Part shown: positions 51,795 to 63,125 of the stretch, piece by piece
Position numbering within the stretch: position 1 is the stretch's first letter
How the letters are laid out: each line of letters opens with the position of its first letter
NCBI GenBank assembly: GCA_951406725.2
Contig: OX597820.1
Span: 114,514,001 to 114,578,000 of the forward strand
Direction: 5' to 3'
Origin: Octopus vulgaris
Lineage: Eukaryota
Length of the DNA: 64,000 nt
Notes under the pieces: model-generated
Database searches by the model: none
What the model was told of the DNA's origin: nothing
The model's input: the letters and a program-made list of their open reading frames with translations, nothing else
Position numbers and translations under genes: made by a program

Positions 51795-52165
51795 GGAGGC
51801 ACAATGGCCCAATGGTTAGGGCAGTGGACTCGTGGTCGGAGGATCGCGGTTTCGATTCCCAGACTGGGCGTTGTGTGTGTTTATTGAGCAAAAACTCCTA
51901 AAACTCCACGAGGCTCCAGCAGGGGTAGTGGCGACCCCTGTTGTACTCTTTCGCTCCAACTTTCTCTCACTTTTTCTTCCTGTTTCTTGTCCCCAACTTC
52001 CTACGCAACCGCTGAGCCTGGATGCACATTCATCCATCCGTCAATGCTCTCGGTGTCGGGGGTTGACCTACTTTCTCTTCCGCGAGTCTTACGAATAGCA
52101 AAGGACCACGTTTCGGACTTCTCCCATCTTGCGAGCTCTGGGACGAAGACCGTTCGCTCAACAGC
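51795..52165 (+). mobile_element. tRNA(Arg-like)-derived SINE family 2
   Basis: A box tggcccaatggttagg and B box ggtttcgattccc; flanked by aacagcagcagcagca / aacagcaccagcagca (probable TSD). Confidence 0.85.
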
Positions 52166-52543
52166 ACCAGCAGCATTGTCATCATCATCATCATCATCAT
52201 CATCATCAACAACATTGTCATCATTTTATTTATTTGTTTATTTGTTTCGCCAGCTAGGTTTGAACAGGAGAAGGTGAACCTGATTAGCAATTAAAGTATT
52301 GAGCTTTCAAATAGTGGGATCGAGGGTTCAAGTTCATATGAAACATTGTGTTGTCCTTGTTAGTAGAGCAATTCTGTGTTAACTCAGTTTTCACCTAATT
52401 ATTTGGAATGAATGTTAGACCTTTTAGAAAATTATTTGCAAGAGTCTATCATTTTATACAGTGAAAGATACTTTGAAATTAGAACTAAGAAACGGCAGTT
52501 TCCTTTCATCTTTTATGAGTATTTGAATTTTTTATGGGTTTAA

Positions 52544-52820
52544 CCCTTTTGCTATTATATTTCTTCTGAAGTACACTGACTTTGTTTTAATTAATTTTGA
52601 AAATATTGAAGAGTTTAATAAAATAACTTTGGTGGTGCTCCAGCATGGCCACAGTCAAATGACTGAAACAAGTAGAAGAGTAGAAGAGAGCCATTATTAA
52701 GATGTTGTGTGGAACATAAATGACATTAAATTTTTATGAATTTAAATCAGTTTTAAAACAAGAAGCTTGTATTAGAAAAGGTTTGTACTGTAGGACTAAG
52801 AGAGGTTGGTATCAAAAAGG
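52544..52820. mobile_element. TTAA-flanked MITE carrying an inserted SINE-1 tail (52631-52690)
   Basis: TTAA|CCCTTTTG...CAAAAAGG|TTAA; related to 61429-61648. Confidence 0.65.
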
Positions 52821-53004
52821 TTAACAATCTCCAATATCATATTTTTCCATTCACATTGAACTTATATCATTTTATCTGTGATCTGCAAGACCATTATATT
52901 TTGGGAAGCTAACCACAATTCTTTAGAATACTCCACAGAATTTGTACAGCTTTATGTCAAGAGTGTGAAACTAATATTAATAACATAATTTCATAATTGC
53001 TGTA

Positions 53005-55690
53005 ACTTAGATTGGTTTCAGCCATTATCAGCTTAGGCCATGACTAACTCAATAGCACCACCTGGAAAAGTCTTTTAATTAATTATTTTGGGACACCATG
53101 GACCACTCAAGCAGAGAGTTGTCTGAGACATATCCAGGTGTAGTTGGTTTGTTTGGTATTTCCTGGAAGAATTTGTCCAGGTACCATTTGAAAGTTGTGG
53201 GATCTTTTTCTTCTTTAATTTTTTTCGGGATAACATTTGCAGTGAAGAAATTGTGCCACGATGTTCTTATGTGATGTAAACTCAACCTTTGTAGGGGACT
53301 TAGTCTTGGGTAAATTGTAAACATAATACCGATATCATTTGAATAATATTGGTGGAATATTTTCCACATGGTGTAAATAATGTATCGATCATGGCAGTGT
53401 TGCAGAGAATAGAGTTTCAGCTGTTTAAGTCGAGCCCAATAATCAAATCCCATCATGCCATTTATTTTTTTAATGATTGATCTTTGTGGCACTTCGATCC
53501 TCATTATGTCTTGTTTTTAGTAGGGAGACCACAATGGGCAGCAGTATTTGAGGTGGAGCCTAGTGAATGTGGAGAAGAGAAGGATGATGCTTTCATGATC
53601 CCTAGATTGAAAAGTTCTGAGTATTCGTGAGCACATTCTGCAGACAACATCAACTTTTTTGTTGATGTGCACACTCCAGCTTAAGGCTGCTGTTGACAGT
53701 TCCACCTAAGTCTCTGATATTATCTGATGGTTCAAGTAGGTCTCCCAACAGTAGTGTATATGGTTGTTTGAGTGTTTTCTGTTTTCCAAAGTGGATGAGC
53801 TCAAATTTTTCTTCGTTGAACTGCATATTGTTTTTTTTTTTTTGTGCCCACTGGGTTTCTGCACATAGGTCCGATTGAAGCATCGTTCAATCATATGTTC
53901 CTTTAATAATTTACTGAAGCTTAGAGTCTTCTACATATATTTTAATGGTGCTATGTTAAATAGAATCTGCAATGTCATTGATATAGACAATAAAAAGAAG
54001 TGGACCCAGTGCGGCACTCTGTGGGACTCGGCTGATTACTTTTGCTGGTCTTGAGTGGATGCCATCAACCAGAATATGCCTGATCCTGTTTGTTAGGAAA
54101 TATTTAATCCATTGAAGTAACTTTCCACTAACGCTACCATTGGACAGTATATTGTGGTCGACTGTCAAAAGCCTTGCTGAAACCAAGGTATATGACATTG
54201 GCATTGGAACCCTCACTTAGTGCATCTAATATGTCATCAAAGTGGTGGAGGAGCTGTGTTAAACAGTCCCTCCCTCCATGAAAGTCTTGCTGGTTGCAAT
54301 TTAGAAGATGATTTTGCTCTAGAAAGGCTGTTATTCTTGATCTCAACACTCTCTCAAATATTTTGATGATATGTGAGGTGAGTGAGATTGGACGGTAATT
54401 TACTGGGAGTGATTTATCCTCTTTTTTAAAGATAGGAACAACTGACTGGGAGAGAAGGTTTTGAGAGATAAAACCAGCATCCAGTGATTTCTTCCAGAGA
54501 TTTGCAAGAGGAGCTGCAAATTGCTGTCTGCATTCCTTCAGCACTCTAGCAGGGAACCTGTCAGGACCCACTGCTGAATCAGGTTTGATTTCTTTTATTG
54601 CTGCGAGGATGTCAGTAGCATTGAAGAATATGTTGGAAAGGACATGCTGAACATTCAACAAAACAAAGCTGCTTGATTCAACTGAATCAGGGTCACTGAA
54701 AGCAGAGCCGTATCGACTTTGCAGAATCTCAGCCATGTCTTTGGCATCACTGTGAAGGATGCCATTTCCGTCAGTCAGTGGATTGATAGAGGAAACTGTG
54801 GTTCTATGTGTTTTTGCAAAGGAGTAAAAAATGCCTTAGGATTATTCTAGATGTTTTTAATAGCCCAGGCTTCCTCTGCAGCTCTTTGGTTATTTATGAG
54901 GGTTCTCATACAGTCCTGCAGCTGTTGCTTCTTTGATTCCAAGGTTGTTAATGCTCTCAATTGTGGGTGCTGCTGATAGTGGTATTTTAGAGTATTGATT
55001 TTTTGGTTTATTCTTTTTATTCTCCTGATGAGTGCTTTTCTCTGTTTTCGAATCCTGCACCTTCTGTTATTTATGAGTTGTAATTTAGTGGAGTTAGTGA
55101 TTTATGTCAAATTTTTGGATGCTGAAGATTGAGGTTACAGAGCACTATGTCATGATTGGATATGAAGGTTCTTTCCACTGTAATGTTATGGATAGTGTCT
55201 GCATGATTGCTTAGCACTAGATCCAAGACACTTTGGCTGTTTCTGGTTGGTTCATGGATGAGTTGTAACAGGAAAAAATTATCCATAAATTTGAAAAGTA
55301 ACTCCACTGCTGCTTTGTCTGAGCTTGTGGTGAAGGTTCTTGGTCTAACAATATTAGTGAAACCAATCTACAGAGAGGAGATTAAAGTTGCCCGTCATCA
55401 GAATATTTCCTGGGTTACATTGCAGGAGGAAAGATTTGATCTTGTTGAGGCACTCTTGGGGATAGTGTAAGGAGTGCTTGTTGGGGTCTTGTAGAGCCCA
55501 ATGACAGACAGGTTTTTACCCTTGTTGTGTACAGAGACTGATTCGCAGTAGCCATTGGAGAAAAGGTCCTTGACATCTGCGCTCAAAGAATCATGGAGGA
55601 AAACAGCATTTCCACTCTTCGGCCTGCCCTATCAGCACAAATGACAGTAAAGTCTCTGATTTTCAGTTCAGCCTCTAAATGTGGAGAGGT
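53005..55690 (-). mobile_element. CR1-group LINE ORF2 pseudogene (APE endonuclease + RT)
   Basis: VIGLYKTP, QLIHEPTRNSQSVLDLVL, SNHDIV, AVGPDRFP, NYRPISLTSHIIKIFERV, YLGFSKAFD, VPQSAALGPLLFIVYINDI, LKLYSLQ; frameshifted. Confidence 0.9.
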
Positions 55691-56834
55691 TCCATAAATC
55701 AAACAATTCTATCTAGTCTCTGCCAAAAAGGTTCATCGTATTCTTTGATACAAAAACTTTAGCCTTCAAAGTTTTCCCATGAAATGTTACCCCACTAATC
55801 ATGTTGTCCCAAAATCATAACTGTTTTCCTGAGATACCTCTTGTAATTTTCACAGTTTTTTCAATACAGGCCTTCCTATTTTTTCCATGTATCCTCATTA
55901 ATTATTGTGATGTCACTACCTGTGTCCAACTGTAGTCTCGTATTCACATTATTTATTTTTATAGAGACAAATTTTCTTTTTTGTGCCTCACTTTGCATTT
56001 GTGTTGACAATATTTTTTTCTTGAATTTTTTACATTTGACCTGTTTTGGTTTCACCCAACAATGTGAATTCTTGTGTCCAATTTTCTCGCATCCAAAACA
56101 TTTTAAATTCTTAAAAGGACAGTCTCTTTTGAAATGTATTTTTCCACATCCATAACATGATTGTTGTAGATTTATAATTCTTTAGCATTCTTCAGCTATT
56201 ATTTGTGGAGTTAGTTTTGAATCTTGTTCCATCTTGTCAATATTCAAGCCCTTATCTCTGCATCTTTACTTGCTGTTAATCCTTGTACAAAGACTAAACA
56301 TTTAAACATGTCTGGGCTTAATTCGTTGAGTTTAAATTTTTCACATTCTCTATTTATGATTCCAGCATATCTGACGAAATCTTCCGTTTCTTTTTTTTTT
56401 TTTCCAAAATCAAACACTCCCAGTGAATATAAAATAGTGAACTTCTTTCACTGAATATTTTAGATAATAGCTTAATTGTTTCCTTGAAACAAATTTTGGA
56501 TGGTTTTCTTAGCAAGATGTAATTACAAAACTTTTCATGTTCTGCTGGTGATAATTTCTATAAACGAAGGCGTACCTTCTTTTTGTCCATCCAACTTTTA
56601 CACTCTTCCTTGAAGATTCCTTCATACCTTCTGAAGTATGCAGAAAATGTAATCCTTTCTTCTGGATTATATGTGAATTCTTCAATTGAATTAGCAACTG
56701 CATCTGCCAAAAACAAACTTGAAGTGTTTTTTGACTGCAATAATAATTCCAACAACTGTTGATTTTTGTTGCTGTTGCTGTTGTACCTAATCTTGTTGTT
56801 ATTGTTGCTGCTGTTGTTGTTGTTGTTGCTGTTT

Positions 56835-57335
56835 AGCACCTACCGGCTGGATAGTTGGTTAGTGCTGCTCCTCAATCACCATCTGCTTCTCTGCCATCTT
56901 CAGCCATCTCTCCCACACCTTGAGTGCCAGTCTGGGCTCCTTCGCAATTGCCTCGGGGTCCGTCAGCTGACCGCAGATCGACGGATGGATAGCTGGGCAC
57001 TCCAACAGCACGTGTTCTCCCGTTTCTTCACCCATTTTGCAATTGTGACAAATAGGGTCCTCAATTTTTCCAATCTTGTGCTACCAGCTTCTCAAATCCA
57101 GATGGTGGCCACTTCGCAATCTGCTAAGCGTGACTTGTTCTTGGTGAGTCAACTGTCATTCCTCTATGCGATTGAGCTTTTCTCCTCTTTCACCAGAAAC
57201 CTTTCGCAACCGTTCATGCTGCATTGGAGGGCTTCGTATCGATCGCTTGATAGCCGCCTTTGCTGCTGCATAATGCCAATCTGTCCCCTCTTGATCTTGT
57301 TCAGATCCCTCTTTCGCTTTCTCAGTTGCTGCTGC
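56835..57335 (-). mobile_element. I-group (Ingi/Nimb-like) LINE 3' fragment with (CAA)n tail
   Basis: Minus strand LSRLRSGHHLDLRSW*HKIGKIEDPICHNCKMGEETGEHVLLECP, a C-terminal CCHC finger. Confidence 0.7.
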
Positions 57336-57339
57336 TGCT

Positions 57340-57715
57340 TGTTTGTTTGTTTGTTGAGGGAAGCGGTTTTCGTCCCTTTGTGGGAGAAGTCCGAAACGTG
57401 GTCCTTTTCTATTCGTAAGACCCGCAGAAGAGAAAGCAGGTCAACCCCTGACACCAAGAGCATCGACAGATGGATGAATGCGCATCCAGGCTCAGCGGTT
57501 GCATAGGAAGTCGGGGATAAGAAACAGGAAGAAAGAGTGAGAGAAAGTTGGAGCGAAAGAGTACAACAGGGGTCGCCACCACCCCCTGCCGGAGCCTCGT
57601 GGAGCTTTAGGTGTTTTTGTTCAATAAACACACACAACACCTGGTCTGGAAATCGAAACCGCGATCCTCCGACCACGAGTCTGCTGCCCTAACCATTGGG
57701 CCATTGCGCCTCCAC
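57340..57715 (-). mobile_element. SINE family 2
   Basis: Reverse complement of 51795-52165; (CAAA)n tail. Confidence 0.85.
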
Positions 57716-58619
57716 TGTTGTTGCTACTGCTCTTGTTGTTGTAGTTGTCGTTGCAACTAAACCATGGAAGCTAATAGTTCTTCAATGCTAAGAACGTCCA
57801 CCATGAGCTTCAGACATCTTGTTGCCATTGTTGTGTCTCGTGGGCACTGTTAATGTCCTTCTCTGAACTCACTGTATCTATGCCACTTTATAACATAGAC
57901 TTATAACAAGATTATAACACTACAAATATAAATCAGAAACAACATGTGACAAACAATATCTCTTCTCACCGACTTCTACAACTGTCTTCACAAATCCCCA
58001 GCACACACCACACTGTCCTTCACTGACAGAGTTCATGCAGTGTATTTCAACAGAAAGAGGGTAACAAAAGGGTCAAAGTACTTATCTCTGCTAATCAGCT
58101 GAACAACAGAAAGTCAGCCTAAAAACATTGCATTCATGTTTAATTTCAGAACTGAATTAGATTCTAGCTTATCCATAGTAACTTAGATAAGGTTAAAGAA
58201 GATACACAGATTTTTAACCTTATCTAAGCAAGTTTTCATGATGACAAATACATCAGCCATATACTGGAGTGTTTGTTTATCATAGAACTGAGCATCTCCT
58301 GCTCCCAATAATTTATATAAATCCTGACAAAAGTGAAGTCTAACATTAAACCTATCAAAACAGTTTGAAGGGTTTCTTTGAATAATAAATTTGGTTTGTA
58401 ATTGATCCTCAGATGACATTGGCTATTCAATCAAAGAACATGCAAACTTTCTGCAGTAAAAATGGAGTGGGGTAAAATAAGATGTAATAGAATATCTTTG
58501 GGGATTTGCAATGGAACACTAGGAAATGAGCTTTCAATGAGAACTTAGAAGGTGACACTTTTAATAATTCTAAAGAGAATTCTGATAATTAAATAGAATG
58601 TCTTCATCTCCTTTTTGGT

Positions 58620-59578
58620 TAACTTGTGTGCTCGTATGGTCATTTGATGCATATGGATGACAACAGCTTCATAAAAAAGTGCCAATCTCTAATTGTGTAG
58701 GGAACCCGGGAAGTGATAGATCCAGGAAGACATGGGACAAAGTGGTGAGAAAGGATCTCCAGATGTTGATCCTCACTAAGATGACAAGGGACCAAGACTT
58801 CTGGTGATTTACTATGTTTGAAAAGACATGCATATCAAGCTAAGTAAGATACCACACTGACACCACCCACTGCTGGCTCCTCCACTTACACTCACCTGCC
58901 TACCTGCACTCTTTCCATACCATCACATATCTACCATACCCCCTCTCTACCACTTCTAATTCCTCTCACCATCACTTGCTATCTCTAAACATCTTCCCCT
59001 TGCACATTTATGGAACATCCCTCTCTAGTTCTACTAACCCCCATTATTATCTATGGGCAGGCCCTCTCTCTCCCTCACTCCAACTGTCTCTCTATCTTTC
59101 CCTCTAACTCTCTCCCACCTTCCTCTCCCTCCTTGTCCTACTGAGGGAGGTAGCCAAGTATCTCCTCAATTGTAAAAGGGCTACCTCTGTCCCTTTATCA
59201 TACTCAAATCTCTTGGTTCCACTCCTTCTCTCAGTGAGAAGTCCTTGTCTTGTGAGCTCTCAAATGCTTGTGCTATGTAAAAAGCACCTGTGCTGAGGCC
59301 ACTTAAAAAAGCACCCATTCTGGTGTCACTTAAAAAGTACCTGTGTTGGTACCATGCATAAAGCACCTATGCTGGTGTCACATCTAAAGCACTGGTGCTG
59401 GTGCCATGTAAATAGCACCCAGTATACTCTGTAAAGTGGTTGGAACTAGGAAGAGCATCCAGCCATAGAAACCATACCAAAACAGAGAATTGGAGACTGG
59501 TGCAGCTCTCCTGATTGTCAGATCCTGTCAAATAGTCTAACCCATACCAGCATGGAAAACAGACGTTAAATGATGATG
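58620..59578 (+). mobile_element. Older RTE subfamily 3' end with C/T-rich 3' UTR and short repeat array
   Basis: YGHLMHMDDNSFIKKCQSL...RKTWDKVVRKDL; aaaagcacc repeats; gttaaatgatgat tail. Confidence 0.75.
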
Positions 59579-60063
59579 GGTATAGTACTGAAACTGTGAC
59601 CTCTCAATGCAGAGAAATAGCAGCTTGACCTGGAAGGACTCCCTGATCTTCAAGTCATGCACCCTGTCAAGTAACATTACTCCAGAACTCCTTTGGAAGT
59701 ACCCTATTTCAGCCATTAGTATCTGCGATCATACTCTTTTGGTCATCACCCAGCATTCATGATCATGTGATTAGAATGTCACAGGGAAGAATCGTAAGAT
59801 GGTTTCTTCAAGTCAAACCAAGCAGTAGGAAATGTTGGAGTGGCCCAAGAATGAGATGGTTGAATAATATATACAGAGTCTTGGTTGGTCATGCTTGGGA
59901 ATCCAACTGAAGTTCATTGGCAATTGCTTCTGATGAGACCTGCAGAGGAGGTACCTGAGGACTCTACTACCACAATTCTTCTGGGAATAGTGGGCAGAGA
60001 TGGATGGATGGATGGATAATTAAATGGTTTATATGACTTGATTTAGTCTAATTCTTTCTGTAT

Positions 60064-60360
60064 GGAGGCACATGGCCTAGTGATTAGAGCAGCAGACTCG
60101 CAGTCGAGGGATTGCAGGTTCGAATCTCAGGCCGGGCAATGTGTGTGTTTATGAGCAAAAACACCTAAGCTCCACGAGGGCTCCCGCAGAAGGTAATGGC
60201 AAACTTCTGCTGACTCTTTTGCCACAACTTTCTCTCACTCTTTCCTCCTGCATCTTGCAGCTCACCTGCGACGGACCGGCATCCTGTCCAGGTGGGGAAC
60301 CTATATGTCAAGGAAATTGGGAAACCAGGCATGGCTCGAGAAGGAACAAACAAAACAAAA
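60064..60360 (+). mobile_element. SINE family 2 variant with a different 3' tail
   Basis: Head and body like 51795 up to ctttctctcactct; then gcgacggaccggcatcctgtccagg tail. Confidence 0.8.
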
Positions 60361-60457
60361 TTCTCTCTGCAATCATTTTTTAAAAGTTTAATTTGAGGAG
60401 GAGGTTGGACATGCCTAGTGCAAAAGGAGACTCTGTCAAAATGATGAAGTTAATATA

Positions 60458-60870
60458 TATTTCTTTACTACCCACAAGGGGCTAAACACAGAGAGGACAA
60501 ACAAGGACAGACAAACGGATTAAGTCGATTATATCGACCCCAGTGCATAACTGGTACTTATTTAATCGACCCCGAAAGGATGAAAGACAAAGTTGACCCT
60601 GGCAGAATTTGAACTCAGAACATAACGACAGATGAAATACCTATTTCTTTACTACCCACAACGGGCTAAACACAGAGGGGACAAACAAGGACAGACAAAC
60701 GGATTAAGTCGATTATATCGCCCGCATTGCTCAACTGGTACTTATTTAATTGACCCTGAAAGGATGAAAGACAAAGTCGACCTCGGAGGAATTTGAACTC
60801 AGAACGTAACGGCAGACGAAATATGGCTACGCATTTCGCCTGGCGTGCTAACATTCCTGCCAGCTCACCG
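60458..60870 (-). mobile_element. SINE family 3 dimer
   Basis: Reverse complement of the 42027-42630 structure. Confidence 0.9.
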
Positions 60871-61105
60871 CATTTCCCAAACTGATGTAGTTAATATAAT
60901 TGAGGTTTAGCTTCAATTTTTGTAGGTCAATAACTATTTTGACTGAGTGGGTATTCCAGATGGTTACAAGTCTGAAGAGGAAGGATTGGGTAAAAATATT
61001 TAGTCTAGAATTTAAGCTTTGAAACACCAGCTGTATGTTGTAACTATCTAGAAGGGAGCAAGATATCAAGTCACACAGGCACAAACACAAATGCATACAC
61101 ATGTA

Positions 61106-61136
<31 letters not shown>

Positions 61137-61428
61137 GCACACTGCCAACCCTCACTGGTTTATAAGCAAGACAATATTTGTCCGTGGTCTGACATATTTC
61201 ACGAAAAATTGGCAATAAAGGACTATGACTGTCCTACAATGTCTAAATATCAACAGTCACACAGGCATAAACACATATGTACACACACACACACACATAC
61301 ACAGCTATCTTCTTTTGGTTCTGTTTTCCAAGTTGCAGGCTTTAGTCATAACAGTAGAAGACATTTGCCCAAGATACTAGGCTGTGGTTTGAACCTGAAA
61401 CCACATGGCTAGCAAACTAGTTTCTTAA

Positions 61429-61648
61429 CCTTTTCGTTAATGTATTTATTTTGAGATGCTCTGTGTTTCTTTCAATTACTTTAAATATATCAAAGAATTT
61501 AGTAAAATAACTTAGTTATCATTCTGCTAGTTTTAGGAACATAAATTGTGACTAAGGTTTGGTGGAAGATTCTAATTCAAAACTTATGGAAACAAGACAT
61601 TTGTACTCAGAGCCAAAGGCGGTTTCAGCCGGGTTGGTAACAAAAGGG
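61429..61648. mobile_element. TTAA-flanked MITE
   Basis: TTAA|CCTTTTCGTTA...TAACAAAAGGG|TTAA. Confidence 0.75.
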
Positions 61649-61954
61649 TTAAACACAGCCCGCAGTCTGTGGATTGAAATATATTGTAAGGAGTTAGTTT
61701 TGGTATATTCAATGGTGTTCATTTGGATGAACTCAAGTGTGAAAGGGGTTTCTAGTTTATGTACATTATACAAATCCCCAAAATATAATTTGGTGAAAAT
61801 TTAATGAGATCCTTTATTAGTTTGAATAACGACATTATTGATTACAGTAATGATGTTGTTGATTGCAACAAGTTGGGTCAAGTATATATTTGTGTGTCTA
61901 GAATATAAAGAAAGCCAGAAGGTATGAGATGAATATATTTATTTCACCAGTACA

Positions 61955-62351
61955 GGCGCAGGAGTGGCTGTGTGGTAAGTAACTTGCTAACCAACCACAT
62001 GGTTCCGGGTTCAGTCCCACTGCGTGGCACCTTGGGCAAGTGTCTTCTGCTATAGCCTCGGGCCAACCAAAGCCTTGTGAGTGGATTTGGTAGACAGAAA
62101 CTGAAAGAAGCCCGTCGTATATATATATATATATATATATGCGTGTGTGTCTGTGTTTGTCCCCTAGCATTGCTTGACAACCGATGCTGGTGTGTTTATG
62201 TCCCCGTTACTTAGCGGTTTGGCAAAAAGAGACCGATAGAATAAGTACTGGGCTTACAAAAGAGTAAGTCCCGGGGTCGAGTTGCTCGATTAAAGGCGGT
62301 GCTGCAGCATGGCCGCAGTCAAATGACTGAAACATGTAAAAGAGTAAAGAG
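61955..62351 (+). mobile_element. SINE family 1, full length
   Basis: Matches 10410-10829. Confidence 0.9.
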
Positions 62352-62572
62352 TTGATATCCATAAGACTGTGATTGTTTTGCAGTCAACGGAATTTATTAT
62401 AGTGTAATAAATTATTTTTCATGTCTGCACTAGTGTATATGATATAAATTACACAATGCTATTGTACATTTTACAAGCTAATACAGATATAGAAGCTAAT
62501 ACAGATCCATAGAATATCATGGTTACACTGATTCTTCAATCATCTTCATTTAATATCTGCTATACATGATGT

Positions 62573-63125
62573 CAATCAAAATCAAATTCGATGACTGGCG
62601 TCTGTGCTAGCAGGGTGCAAAGAGCACCATACGAACGTGATCGTTGACAGAGCGGTTAACTGGCTTCCGTGCCAGTGGCACTTAAAAGGTACCATCGAGC
62701 GTGATTGTTACTAGCGTCGCCTTACTGGCACTTGTGCCCATGCTAGTAGGGTATTAAGAGCACCATCCGAGTGTGATTGTTGCCAGAGCAGCCAACTGGC
62801 TTCCGTGCCAGTGGCACATAAAAGGGCACCATTCGAGCATGATCGTTACCAACGTCGCCTTACTGGCACCTGTGCTGGTGGCATGTGTAAAAAGATTCGA
62901 GCGAGGTCGTTGCCAGTACCACCTGACTGGCCCCTGTGCCGGTGGCATGTAAAAAGCACCCACTACACTCTCGGAATGGTTGGCATTAGGAAGGGCATCC
63001 AACTGTAGAAACTCTGCCAAATCAAGATTGGAACCTGGTGCAGCCATCTGGTTCGCCAGCCCTCAGTTAAAATCGTCCAACCCATGCTAGCATGGAAAGC
63101 GGACGTCAAACGATGATGATCATGA
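62573..63125 (+). mobile_element. RTE 3' UTR copy with a long hairpin array
   Basis: About six 60-70-nt units, then cccactacactctc...catgctagcatgg...(gat)n. Confidence 0.9.

Larger units (their letters stand above)
55700..58052 (-). mobile_element. Decayed Ty3/Gypsy element 5' part (LTR, poly-Gln gag, protease) with nested insertions
   Basis: EFTYNPEERITFSAYFRRYEGIF, FKCLVFVQGL, CYGCGKIHFKRDC, LQLDTGSDITII; PBS-like tggcaac at 57821-57827 next to a probable LTR. Confidence 0.8.

Noticed and set aside
51795-51870. tRNA gene
   Set aside because: A and B boxes are present, but there is no proper acceptor stem and the sequence continues into a SINE body. The same applies to 10410 and 60064.
56766-57506. 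Longest ORF (246 aa, poly-Leu start)
   Set aside because: Antisense read-through of a poly-Gln tract, a LINE fragment and a SINE.
62573-62960. CRISPR-like array of palindromic repeats with variable spacers
   Set aside because: Variable parts are only about 10 nt and recur in the same order in dispersed copies. The array is contiguous with RTE ORF2, there are no cas genes, and the context is eukaryotic.
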